Positions 18,384 to 27,591 of a stretch of DNA of 64,000 nucleotides are shown in pieces. Below the pieces are notes generated by a model, which saw only the letters and a program-made list of their open reading frames with translations, did not search any database and had not been told where the DNA came from. Both the position numbers and the translations under genes were made by a program. How positions within the stretch are numbered: position 1 is the first letter of the stretch; each line of letters opens with the position of its first letter. Source of the stretch: an uncultured Sutterella sp. (lineage in GTDB: Bacteria; Pseudomonadota; Gammaproteobacteria; Burkholderiales; Burkholderiaceae_F); contig CALXXT010000027.1 of NCBI GenBank assembly GCA_944392755.1, forward strand, positions 26,313-90,312, in the 5' to 3' direction.

Positions 18384-19259
18384 TCATTGACCCCGCTGAG
18401 CCATGAGCAGCTCGATTTCCTGCTCGTTGATTCCGACCATGGCTTCGCCCAAATCCGTGGAGAGCTCGGCGATCATCTTCGCGTCCCTGAAGTTCGTCAC
18501 CGCCTTGACGATGGCAGCGGCCCGCTTGCGCGGATTGCCGGACTTGAAGATGCCGGAACCCACGAAAACCCCCTCGGCGCCGAGCTGCATCATCAGCGCG
18601 GCATCCGCCGGCGTCGCCACGCCGCCCGCCGCAAAATTGACGACCGGCAGCTTCTTGTGCTCGTGAACGTACTTCACCAGGTCGTAGGGCACCTGAAGCG
18701 CCTTGGCGGCTTCAAAGAGCTCGTCCTCCGCCATGGAGCCGATTCTCTTGATTTCCGACTGCATCATCCTCAGATGGCGGACGGCCTGAACCACGTCGCC
18801 CGTTCCCGGCTCACCCTTCGTTCGGATCATGGACGCGCCCTCATTGATTCTGCGAAGCGCTTCTCCAAGATCTCTTGCCCCGCAGACGAAAGGAACGTCG
18901 AACTTCGTCTTGTCGATGTGATATTTGTCGTCGGCCGGCGACAGCACCTCGGATTCATCGATGTAGTCGATGTCGATCGCCTGCAGAATCTGCGCCTCCA
19001 CGAAGTGACCAATGCGGCACTTCGCCATCACGGGAATGGAGACGGCTTTCTGGATCCCCATGATCATCTTGGGGTCGCTCATTCTTGAGACGCCGCCGGC
19101 GGCGCGAATGTCGGCCGGAATTCTCTCCAAGGCCATCACCGCGGCCGCGCCGGCCTCTTCCGCAATTTGCGCCTGCTCGGGCGTGGTGACGTCCATGATC
19201 ACGCCGCCTTTGAGCATTTGCGCCAGGTTCTTGTTGAGTTCGTATCTGCCAGATGTCAT
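18384..19259 (-). CDS. pdxS: PLP synthase lyase subunit
   Basis: [35 protein letters not shown]; ATG 19259 after AAGGAGG. Confidence 0.97.
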   Translation of the reverse strand: MTSGRYELNKNLAQMLKGGVIMDVTTPEQAQIAEEAGAAAVMALERIPADIRAAGGVSRMSDPKMIMGIQKAVSIPVMAKCRIGHFVEAQILQAIDIDYIDESEVLSPADDKYHIDKTKFDVPFVCGARDLGEALRRINEGASMIRTKGEPGTGDVVQAVRHLRMMQSEIKRIGSMAEDELFEAAKALQVPYDLVKYVHEHKKLPVVNFAAGGVATPADAALMMQLGAEGVFVGSGIFKSGNPRKRAAAIVKAVTNFRDAKMIAELSTDLGEAMVGINEQEIELLMAQRGQ

Positions 19260-19291
19260 TTTCAACCCCTCCTTGTCTTGGGTTGCGGAGG

Positions 19292-19351
19292 ATTGTAGAA
19301 TCGGCCTGAAATTACAGAAATATCCAGGTTTGACATTTTTTATATATCCAG
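19292..19351. promoter_or_regulatory. Divergent pdxS/pdxR control region with TATCCAG direct repeats
   Basis: TATCCAG at 19321-19327 and 19345-19351; minus-strand -10 TACAAT at 19292-19297. Confidence 0.5.
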
Positions 19352-20431
19352 ATGATGTACATTGCTGACCCCAAGGACAAGCGACCGGCCTACCTGCAGC
19401 TCTACAGTCAAATCAAGGACGACATCGTCTCCGGGGTATTTCCATTTCAAGGGAAATTGCCCTCCAAAAGAATCATGGCCGGCGATTCGGGACTCAGCAC
19501 GATTACCGTGAAGCACGCCTATCAGCTGCTTTGCGATGAGGGCTATATTGAATCCCGGGAGAGAAGCGGTTATTTCGTAATTTTTCGTTCCGGCGACGGA
19601 TTTATATCCACGGAAAACAAATCCCTGGCCCACCTTCAATCCCAGGATTCCGAGATTTCGGAATTCCCGTTTTCCGTTTTCAAGAAAACGATCCGGAAAG
19701 TCGTCAACCACTACGGATCCGCCATTCTCGAAAGATCCCCGAATGCCGGGCTGCCGGAATTGAGAGAGGCCATACGGCTTTACCTTGCCAGAAACAGAGG
19801 CATCCACGCGTGCGTCGATCAGATCATCATCGGGTCAGGTGCGGAACATTTGTACACGCTGATCATCGACCTGCTTGGAAAAGACCGCATCTTTGCATTT
19901 GAAACGCCGTCTTATGAAAAGATTGAACGCGTTTATCAATGCGCCGGAAGAAAATACGAAGCGCTGCCGCTGGTGCAGGACGGCATCAACAGTGCCGCCC
20001 TCGCCGGAACCAAGGCCGACGTGCTCCACATCTCCCCCTTCAGAAGCTTCCCGAGCGGAGTGACGGCTTCCGCATCCAAAAAATACGAATATTTGAACTG
20101 GGCCAAAAAGCCCGGTCGGCTCATCATTGAAGACGATTTCGAATCGGAATTCACCATTCTGAGCAAGCCGGAAGAAACGCTCTATTCTCTGACCAAAGAC
20201 GACAACGTGATTTATTTGAACACGTTCTCGAAGACCATATCCCCTTCCCTCAGAATTGGATACATGATTCTGCCCAACTCTCTCCTCAATGCTTTTTATG
20301 AAAGACTTGGGTTTTATTCGTGCACCGTTCCGACATTCGAGCAGCTTCTTCTTTTTGAGCTCATTTCAAACGGCGACTTTGAAAGACACATCAACCGCGT
20401 CAGGCGATCGAAGCGAAAGATCTCAACCTGA
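19352..20431 (+). CDS. pdxR: MocR/GabR-family PLP-dependent regulator
   Basis: GntR HTH (YLQLY, KLPSKR, AYQLL-x2-EGY) plus aminotransferase-like domain ([15 protein letters not shown]-x2-PSLRIGY); divergent from pdxS. Confidence 0.85.
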   Translation: MMYIADPKDKRPAYLQLYSQIKDDIVSGVFPFQGKLPSKRIMAGDSGLSTITVKHAYQLLCDEGYIESRERSGYFVIFRSGDGFISTENKSLAHLQSQDSEISEFPFSVFKKTIRKVVNHYGSAILERSPNAGLPELREAIRLYLARNRGIHACVDQIIIGSGAEHLYTLIIDLLGKDRIFAFETPSYEKIERVYQCAGRKYEALPLVQDGINSAALAGTKADVLHISPFRSFPSGVTASASKKYEYLNWAKKPGRLIIEDDFESEFTILSKPEETLYSLTKDDNVIYLNTFSKTISPSLRIGYMILPNSLLNAFYERLGFYSCTVPTFEQLLLFELISNGDFERHINRVRRSKRKIST

Positions 20432-20631
20432 GGATCGGGCAGGAAAATGCAGACGGGCTAACCCGCGCCGCGAATTTCCATCCATTCGAAATGGGTTTCA
20501 TTCCATCGGGCAAAGCCGTCGGGCCGCTCGGGCCGTTCGAAAACGCCCGCTGACCTCCTTCAGTTCAGCGGGTGCGCCCCGTCCATGGACCAAAGAACGC
20601 TTCGATCAAGCGCGCTTGCTTCACTGAAGTG

Positions 20632-20669
20632 AAAAAAAGCCGTCCGGCTTCGCAAAGTCGGACGGCTTT
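20632..20669 (-). terminator. Intrinsic terminator downstream of metQ
   Basis: AAAGCCGTCCG...CGGACGGCTTT preceded by an A-run. Confidence 0.7.
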
Positions 20670-20698
20670 GATTTTCAATCCGCAGAATCGAAGGCGAA

Positions 20699-21544
20699 TC
20701 AGAAGGCGGGAACCACCGCGCCCTGATACTTCTCGGAGAGGAACTTCTGGACTTCGGGCGTCGTCAGCGCCGCCTTGAGCTTCTGCAGCTCGGCGCGGGA
20801 TTCATCCCCGGCGCGGACGGCGACGATGTTCGCGTAGGGCGAATCCTTCGCTTCGATCGCAATCGCATCCTTCGTCGGATTCAGGTTTGCGCCGAGCGCG
20901 TAGTTCGAGTTGATGACCGCGATCGACACGTCGTCGAGCGAGCGCGGCAGCTGCGCGGCTTCGATTTCGATGATTTCAATCGACTTGGGATTCTCCGTCA
21001 CGTCCTGCCGCGTCGCGAGAATTCCCGCTTCGGGACGAAGCTTCAGGAGTCCGGCCGTTTCCAGAACCTTGAGCGCACGGCCGCCGTTCGTCGGGTCGTT
21101 CGGAATTGCCACCTTGGCGCCCTGAGGCACGTCGGCGATCGCCTTCACGCTCTTCGAATAGACGCCCATCGGCTCAATGTGCACGGCCACGAGGCTCGCG
21201 AGCTTCAGGTTGTGCTCCTTGGCGAACTCGTCCAGATAGGGCTTGTGCTGGAAGAAGTTCGCGTCGAGCTCGCCCTCGGCAAGCGCGATGTTGGGCTGGA
21301 CGTAGTCGCTGAATTCGATCAGCTTGAGCTGAACGCCTTCCTTCTCAAGAGCGGGCTTGACGAAATTCATGATGTCCGCGTGCGGAACGGGAGAAACGCC
21401 CACGACGAGCTCAACGGACTTCGCCGCATCGGAAGAAGCCGTCTTAGCGGGTTCGGCGCCCTTGTCGCCGCAGCCCGTCAGACCCGCCGCCAAGCCGGCA
21501 GCCACAGCAATGGACGCAAAAAGACGATGAAACTGCATTTTCAA
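20699..21544 (-). CDS. metQ: MetQ/NlpA methionine-binding lipoprotein
   Basis: Lipobox LTGC, FSDYVQPN, DANFFQHKPYL, PNDPTNGGRAL, SPYANI. Confidence 0.93.
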   Translation of the reverse strand: MKMQFHRLFASIAVAAGLAAGLTGCGDKGAEPAKTASSDAAKSVELVVGVSPVPHADIMNFVKPALEKEGVQLKLIEFSDYVQPNIALAEGELDANFFQHKPYLDEFAKEHNLKLASLVAVHIEPMGVYSKSVKAIADVPQGAKVAIPNDPTNGGRALKVLETAGLLKLRPEAGILATRQDVTENPKSIEIIEIEAAQLPRSLDDVSIAVINSNYALGANLNPTKDAIAIEAKDSPYANIVAVRAGDESRAELQKLKAALTTPEVQKFLSEKYQGAVVPAF

Positions 21545-21893
21545 GCACTCACTTCAAATGTAATTGTTGGAATAAAGACTTTGCTCGTCTGAGGCGACGA
21601 GGTCGAATCCGCTTCGGGCGCGCCGCGCGCTTGCCCTGTCGGGATTCGGTCTGAGGAGCGCAGTGTTCAAGGCGGAACCGCCGGATGCCGAAGAGGATTC
21701 GGGGGCGTTCGTCCGCCGCTATGTTTGAACCTGGACGTCAATCCCCCGCGGGGAGACGTGCGGTCATTCTATCCGCAGAAGCGCGCACGAGGAGCGAGAC
21801 TCCGGCAAACAAGTTCCGATCGGCCAAAAGCTCTACGATCTTCTACCGAGGCGCGCGGCCGACCTTTCCAAAGAAAAGCGGCGCAGGGAGCCG

Positions 21894-22370
21894 CTATTCG
21901 GCCCAGTTCGGACGCTTCATGAAGGCCGCGGGCTCCTTCTTGTCCTTCGGCGCCGTCTCGGCGGCGAGCCGTTCGATCAATTCCTTCGAATAGCTCTCCA
22001 CGGCGCTCACGGTGAGGGCGCGTCCCTTCGGCGCCGTTCCGCGCGCTTCACGCCGCGGAATGCCATGTTCGAACGTTTGATAGAAGATCGAACGCACGAC
22101 GTTGCCTTCCACCGTCGCCTCGTAGGTCACGGTGAAGGGACATGCATCGGGGCCCGCTCCCGCGGGCTGACGCACGACGCGGGCGCCTGCGGCGCGAAAT
22201 CCCGATTCGATCGCGTCAACAAGGCGGGTGCTCCTGACAGCGCTGTTTTCAAGAAGACAAACGTCGCGGTAGTTCACCGGAGCGAAGTCCGCCGATTCGT
22301 CGACGGGACCGTGCGCGCATCCCGCAAGAAGAATCATCGCGCCGATCGATAGCAGCCGAACCGTGAACAT
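21894..22370 (-). CDS. Small lipoprotein (Sbal_3080-like)
   Basis: Lipobox LAGC; VCL-x-EN and CPFTVTY Cys pair. Confidence 0.6.
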   Translation of the reverse strand: MFTVRLLSIGAMILLAGCAHGPVDESADFAPVNYRDVCLLENSAVRSTRLVDAIESGFRAAGARVVRQPAGAGPDACPFTVTYEATVEGNVVRSIFYQTFEHGIPRREARGTAPKGRALTVSAVESYSKELIERLAAETAPKDKKEPAAFMKRPNWAE

Positions 22371-22582
22371 AGAAATCCGCCGAAAGATAAGCCAAAGCAA
22401 AGTCAACACTATACACGGACAAACCCGATGCGCAAGACTCAACCCATTCGGAGAAAATCAGGTCGACCGAGCCTGCACGCCCCTGCAAACTTTATACAAT
22501 GAAGGGATGCGTCGTATTCCGCGCCGGAGGGCGCGGACGCGGCCGACCCTTAAATTCCCTTTCCCGAATTGGGTGCATCACC

Positions 22583-23209
22583 GTGCTCGACAACACATCC
22601 TCCAAGCCTCTCATCCGCGTCATCGACGACGACGACGCCGTGCGCCGCTCCTGGGCCTTTCTCCTGAGCGGAGAAGCCTACGACGTCGTCACTTATCCCG
22701 ATGCCGGCAGCTTCCTCGCCTCGAGCGACTTCCGCCGCTACGGCGCGATTCTTCTTGACGTCCGCATGCCCAACATGTCCGGCCTCGAACTGCAGAACAA
22801 GCTGAAGGAGCTTGGCTGCGATCTGCCGATCATCTTCATTTCGGGTCACGGCGACATCGACATGGCCGTCCACACGATGAAGAACGGCGCGGTCGACTTC
22901 CTGCAGAAGCCCGTGAAGGAGGATCGTCTCCTTGAAGTAATCGACGCCGCGGTCGCCCGCAACAAGGCCGAACGCCGCGACAAGGCCGAGGTGGCCGACT
23001 TCAAGGCGCGTCTCGAGCAGCTCACGCAGCGCGAGCGGGAAGTGATCCGCATGGTGGCTCAGGGCTACTCCAACAAGGAGGTAGCCGCCGAATTCGGCAT
23101 TTCGGAAAAGACCGTCCAGGTCCATCGAGGCAGCGCCTACCGCAAGCTCGATCTGCACAATGCAGCCGAAATCGCTCGGCTTCTGCTCCTCTCGGGCGAC
23201 CCGCTCTGA
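22583..23209 (+). CDS. Orphan FixJ/TtrR-family response regulator
   Basis: VIDDD, LLDVRMP, ISGHGD, FLQKP, LTQRERE...ISEKTVQVHR; start approximate. Confidence 0.9.
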   Translation: MLDNTSSKPLIRVIDDDDAVRRSWAFLLSGEAYDVVTYPDAGSFLASSDFRRYGAILLDVRMPNMSGLELQNKLKELGCDLPIIFISGHGDIDMAVHTMKNGAVDFLQKPVKEDRLLEVIDAAVARNKAERRDKAEVADFKARLEQLTQREREVIRMVAQGYSNKEVAAEFGISEKTVQVHRGSAYRKLDLHNAAEIARLLLLSGDPL

Positions 23210-23300
23210 AGAATCCGAATCCACGTGCGCCGGCCCCGAGCCGGCGCGATTGTTTCAACCCGTTCTTTTTTCAACGCACCACTCGGAGAAGCATCCCGAT

Positions 23301-24944
23301 ATGCTCAGCGACATTGAAATTGCTCACCAGCACACCCTGATTCCGATCGACCGCCTTGCGCACGAGGCCGGTTTGACCGATGCGGAGTTCGAACCCTACG
23401 GCCGCGACAAGGCCAAGGTTTCGCTCTCGGCCGACCGCCATGAAAAAGGCCGCCTCATTCTCGTCACGGCCACGTCCGGCATGCCGGCGGGCTCCGGCAA
23501 GACGACGACCTCGATCGCGCTCGCTCAGGGTTTAAAGCGCCTCGGCGAGCGTGCGGTTCTTGCGCTTCGGGAGCCTTCTCTCGGACCGGTCTTCGGCATG
23601 AAGGGCGGAGCCGCCGGCGGCGGCTACAGCCAGGTTCTTCCGATGGAAGCCATCAATCTGCACTTTACGGGAGACCTTCACGCCATCACTTCGGCGAACA
23701 ACCTTCTCGCCGCGCTCCTCGACAATGCCCGCCATCAGGGACAGGTCGACCTCAAGGAAATCTATTGGCGGCGCGTCCTCGACGTGAACGACCGCATGCT
23801 TCGCAACATCGTCTGCGGCCTCGGCGGATCGGCCAACGGCATTCCGACGGAAGCGGGCTTCGACATCACGGCCGCCAGCGAACTGATGGCGATTCTCTGT
23901 CTTGCGAACGACCTTGAGGATCTGCGCGCGCGCATCGACCGCATCGTGCTCGGCATCCGCCGCGACGGCTCGGCCTACACGTGCCGCGACCTCGGCGCCA
24001 CGGGCGCGCTCGTCACGCTGCTTCTCGAGGCCATGAAGCCGAACCTCGTTCAGTCGATCGAAGGCAACCTCGCCTTCGTGCACGGCGGACCGTTCGCGAA
24101 CATCGCGCACGGCTGCAACTCCGTCGCCGCCACGCGCGCCGCCCTGAAGCTTGGCGACTATGCCGTGACGGAAGCGGGCTTCGGTTCCGACCTCGGCGCC
24201 GAAAAGTTCTTCGACATCAAGTGCCGCGCGGCGGGACTCACCCCCGCCGCGGTCGTCCTCGTGACGTCGACGAAGGCGCTCAAGTGGCACGGCGGCGTGC
24301 CGCTTCCCGAAATCGGCAAGCCGAACCTCGAAGCGCTTCGCCGCGGGCTCTGCAATCTCGACGCGCACGTGGCGAATCTCAAGCAGTTTGGCCCGGAAGT
24401 CGTCGTGGCGCTCAATCACTTCCACACCGACCTCGAGGAGGAAATCGACGTCATCCGCACGCGCTGCCGCGAGCTCGGCGTTCGCTTTGCGGTTTCGAAG
24501 GGCTTTGCCGAAGGGGGCGCCGGCGCCGAAGATCTCGCCCGCGAAGTGATGGCGGCGGCTCAAAATCCGAAGCCCCTCACCTATCTTTACGATCCTTCCG
24601 AAGCCGTCGTCGCCAAGCTCGAAACGATCGCCACCCGCGTCTACGGCGCGGCGAAGGTCGAGCTCTCGCCCGCAGCGAAGAAGGACCTTGCCCGCATTGA
24701 AGCGCTCGGCTTCGCCGGCCTCCCCGTCTGCGTGGCGAAGACGCCGTTCTCGCTCACGGCCGATCCGAAGGCGCTCGGCGCGCCGAAGGGCTTCACCCTT
24801 CCCGTGCAGCGCATCATCCTCAATGCGGGCGCAGGCTTCCTCGTCGTCACGACGGGCGCCATCATGCGCATGCCGGGACTGCCGAAGCAGCCTGCGGCCA
24901 TGCACATCGACGTGCAAAATGGCGAAATCGTTGGTCTGAGCTGA
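23301..24944 (+). CDS. fhs: Formate--tetrahydrofolate ligase
   Basis: GKTTT, LREPSLGP-x-FG-x-KGGAAGGG, INLHFTGD, HGGPFANIAHGCNS, TEAGFG, MPGLP. Confidence 0.97.
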   Translation: MLSDIEIAHQHTLIPIDRLAHEAGLTDAEFEPYGRDKAKVSLSADRHEKGRLILVTATSGMPAGSGKTTTSIALAQGLKRLGERAVLALREPSLGPVFGMKGGAAGGGYSQVLPMEAINLHFTGDLHAITSANNLLAALLDNARHQGQVDLKEIYWRRVLDVNDRMLRNIVCGLGGSANGIPTEAGFDITAASELMAILCLANDLEDLRARIDRIVLGIRRDGSAYTCRDLGATGALVTLLLEAMKPNLVQSIEGNLAFVHGGPFANIAHGCNSVAATRAALKLGDYAVTEAGFGSDLGAEKFFDIKCRAAGLTPAAVVLVTSTKALKWHGGVPLPEIGKPNLEALRRGLCNLDAHVANLKQFGPEVVVALNHFHTDLEEEIDVIRTRCRELGVRFAVSKGFAEGGAGAEDLAREVMAAAQNPKPLTYLYDPSEAVVAKLETIATRVYGAAKVELSPAAKKDLARIEALGFAGLPVCVAKTPFSLTADPKALGAPKGFTLPVQRIILNAGAGFLVVTTGAIMRMPGLPKQPAAMHIDVQNGEIVGLS

Positions 24945-25007
24945 TCACGAGCCTGCGGCTTCGAGCGGCGTCCGGTCGCTTGAAGCGCCGCGTTCGCGAT
25001 GAATGAA

Positions 25008-25043
25008 GAAAGGGCGGATTGAGCTTCGGCTGATCCGCCCTTT
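25008..25043. terminator. Bidirectional terminator
   Basis: AAAGGGCGGAT...ATCCGCCCTTT between convergent genes. Confidence 0.65.
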
Positions 25044-25063
25044 CATCGAATGCACGAAGCTCT

Positions 25064-25525
25064 TCAGCGGCCGATCGGATTGCGCCCCGGAAAGAGCCGA
25101 TCCAGCGTTCGCGCCAGATAGCGCGAGAAGGGAATGTACTTCACCTGAGGCGAAATCAGGTTCCGCGTCGGATCGAAGCTCGCATTCGCGAACTTTCGCC
25201 CCTCAATGTAAAGGTCCAGGTTGATGGCGTACTGCTTCACGTACGCGGGGAGATAGTACTGCTCCTTGGCCCAGGTGTAGACGAGCGTTTGCCGACAAAC
25301 GCCGGGCGCCGTGCCGTGAGGATAGCTGCGCACGTGAAAGTCCTTGCGCTCGAGCTGCCACTCGAGAATGCGGTTGATTTCGTCGTTGAAAGGGTTCGGC
25401 CGCACGAGGCAAAGTTCATCGTCGGCCGTCGGATAGGAGCCGTTGATCCGCACGACCGAGCAGCCCGTCCCCGTGAGAGAAAGGCCGAAAACGGCAAGAC
25501 TGATGACGAGCGCAGGAACTTTCAT
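25064..25525 (-). CDS. Small lipoprotein (Sbal_3080-like)
   Basis: Signal ending GTGC; LCLV and CRQTLVYT Cys pair. Confidence 0.6.
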   Translation of the reverse strand: MKVPALVISLAVFGLSLTGTGCSVVRINGSYPTADDELCLVRPNPFNDEINRILEWQLERKDFHVRSYPHGTAPGVCRQTLVYTWAKEQYYLPAYVKQYAINLDLYIEGRKFANASFDPTRNLISPQVKYIPFSRYLARTLDRLFPGRNPIGR

Positions 25526-25601
25526 CGCGGCGGTGGAAACGATCGGGCAATGCGGGCAATCTAATCTTGCTCGCCCGCGCCGTCAAACGCGCGGAGAAGT
25601 C

Positions 25602-25930
25602 AAAAGAAAAGCGGCAGTCTGGAAAAGGAGGAAACCAGACTGCCGCAATTGTTTGGATGTCCCCCGGAAGGGAGGAGATCCGACGCGAACGCTTGCGCTC
25701 GCGTTCGAAGATGAACCTGTCGCCGAGACCTTCGGAATTCGCGCTGCGGGGACCAGCCGCCGCACGAAAGCTCAACTTCTAGCTTTAACCACAAAAAGGA
25801 GAAAAACGCATGCTTCTTCATGCGTGCCTGCTGCAGAACCCCGAGTTCCTTCCCGAGGTTCGAAGCGCCCGCGGTCAGGCAATCCGCGGTCGCATTCGGC
25901 TGCGTCGAACAAGTCCGCCGCCTCCGAACA
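25602..25930 (-). ncRNA. Candidate small RNA (about 330 nt) with anti-Shine-Dalgarno motifs
   Basis: Bounded by a sigma70-like promoter and a 12-bp-stem terminator with UUUCCUCCUUUU loop; no convincing CDS inside. Confidence 0.5.
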
Positions 25931-25936
25931 GGATCG

Positions 25937-25965
25937 AGAATAGCAATCGGCGCCGAGGCCGTCAA
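25937..25965 (-). promoter_or_regulatory. Sigma70-type promoter
   Basis: TTGACG-N17-TATTCT with extended -10 TG. Confidence 0.65.
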
Positions 25966-26631
25966 ACGAATGGACACCCTCGAAAGCCCTGATGGGGAAA
26001 TCCCTGCAGATGGGCGCAATTTAAGCGACGTTCGCGTCAAACCCGCGATTTGATGTCTTAGGTACCTTGATTTGTATGAATTTTTATTAGGGTTGAGGGG
26101 TTCATTCGAACGCAGGGTTGGCAATTGCGCCTCCCGCGCCGTGCGAACTAACCCTATGTTCATGCCGATTTCGAGAGTTCGTCATCTGAAAAATGCAATG
26201 AAATCGCGGAAAATACGCCCTGCGGAATCGTCAAATTTGTCAGCAAAAAGCAACACTTTCGGCTGCAATCGCAGCCAATTTTTCACCCCAATGCGGCCAA
26301 CAGCGTGCGTCATCGCCTGCGGCTTGATCCGACCTCCTCGATTCTCTTCTTCCTTCGGTTGGATATGGGGTTTCAAATGGACAGCCCCCGGAAATCGTGC
26401 CGAACCGCACCGCACTGCGGAATGGGCGCGTGAATAAAGGTGAAAATTTTCAGCCTTTGCGCGTTAAACGCGTTATCCTTTTAGAACGCCGTTAGGAATT
26501 CATTTCGGCGCCGGTTGCGCAGTGCCGAGGCAATAAAAAGAGCCCGGCGGCGGACCGAGCAGCTTAACCCGCATTGGGACGGACCAAGCCAAGATGCGGG
26601 TCGTTAGCCCAGCACCCCACGAAAGGAATAA

Positions 26632-27138
26632 ATGATGAAATTGTCCCGTTTTACGGATCTGAGCCTGCGTGTACTGCTGATTCTTGCCTATTTGAAGGGC
26701 AAGCGCCTCGCGACCGTAGCCGAGATTGCTGAAAAGCTTAAGGAATCGAGTCCTTTGGTGATCAAAGCGGTGCATCGACTCAACCATGAAGGCTGGATCG
26801 ACACGATCCGCGGCCGAGCGGGCGGAATTCGCCTCTCGAAGGAAGCGAACGAGTATCGCCTCGGCGACATCATTCATCAGCTCGAAGGCGGTGAGGCGCT
26901 CGTCGACTGCGAAGCTCCTCTCTGCGCCTTCATGACGAACTCGCACATCGGCGAGTACCTCGAAGACGCGCACAAGGCTTTCTACGAGTCGCTCAACCGT
27001 CACACGCTCGAAGAGATGGCCAACTCGCCCGAAATGGTGAAGGTCTTCAAGGATCTGCAGATCGAGCTTGATCCTCCGAAGCGCGTCTGGCGCCGTTCGC
27101 TCCTCTGCCGCACGCCTGAAGAGATCAAGAAGGCCTAG
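26632..27138 (+). CDS. Rrf2-family (NsrR-like) transcriptional regulator
   Basis: FTDLSLRVL, RGRAGGIRL, LGDII-x2-LE, VDC-x4-C; AAGGA RBS. Confidence 0.88.
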   Translation: MMKLSRFTDLSLRVLLILAYLKGKRLATVAEIAEKLKESSPLVIKAVHRLNHEGWIDTIRGRAGGIRLSKEANEYRLGDIIHQLEGGEALVDCEAPLCAFMTNSHIGEYLEDAHKAFYESLNRHTLEEMANSPEMVKVFKDLQIELDPPKRVWRRSLLCRTPEEIKKA

Positions 27139-27500
27139 GCAGGCCTGAAGATGCTGGCCGCTACGTTGAAGTAGGCCGCCAGCGCCAGAGCCGCTTCCGG
27201 CGGAATTTCCCTCAGCCCGCTCTCCCAGTCGGAGATGCGGGCTTGTGTTGTTCCCGCAATCAGCGCCACCTCCCGCTGCGTGAGCTTCAGCCTCGTGCGC
27301 AGGCGCCGCAGCGCCGCCCCGGGGCGCTCCTCGAGCGATGCGCTTTCGACCGCGTCGCGGGCCGCAAAGTCGAGAAGCATGCCCGCCCCTTCGAGAATGC
27401 GTTCGAGCGCATCGGCCTCACCCTTCGAGGCGCGAATGGTGAAGACGACGAAACCGTCCGATGTCGTTTGGCGGATAATGCGGGGAGACTTTTTCAGCAT
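27135..27500 (-). CDS. XRE-family HTH protein (HigA-like C-terminus)
   Basis: LRRLR-x4-LTQREVA-x3-GTTQARISDWESG; start uncertain. Confidence 0.75.
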   Translation of the reverse strand: MLKKSPRIIRQTTSDGFVVFTIRASKGEADALERILEGAGMLLDFAARDAVESASLEERPGAALRRLRTRLKLTQREVALIAGTTQARISDWESGLREIPPEAALALAAYFNVAASIFRPA

Positions 27501-27591
27501 GCGGGGAACTGCCAGAAATTGGAGAGCGCGGATCCGCCTCTTCGGACGGGTCGAAAGGCATTCTAAGCGCATCGATTGAAGGAACTCAAAA

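Noticed and set aside
17610-20630. pdx island as an active mobile element
   Set aside because: No transposase, integrase, terminal repeats or target-site duplication seen.
21641-21746. Rod-like hairpin as SRP RNA, 6S RNA or SAH riboswitch
   Set aside because: No SRP domain IV motif, too short and wrong context for 6S, and the GAGGAGCG word is on the strand opposite metQ without the rest of the SAH consensus.
23210-23300. ZMP/ZTP (pfl) or THF riboswitch before fhs
   Set aside because: Only one GC hairpin; conserved aptamer motifs not found.
27135-27591. HigBA-type toxin-antitoxin pair
   Set aside because: No recognisable RelE/HigB toxin ORF next to the XRE gene.
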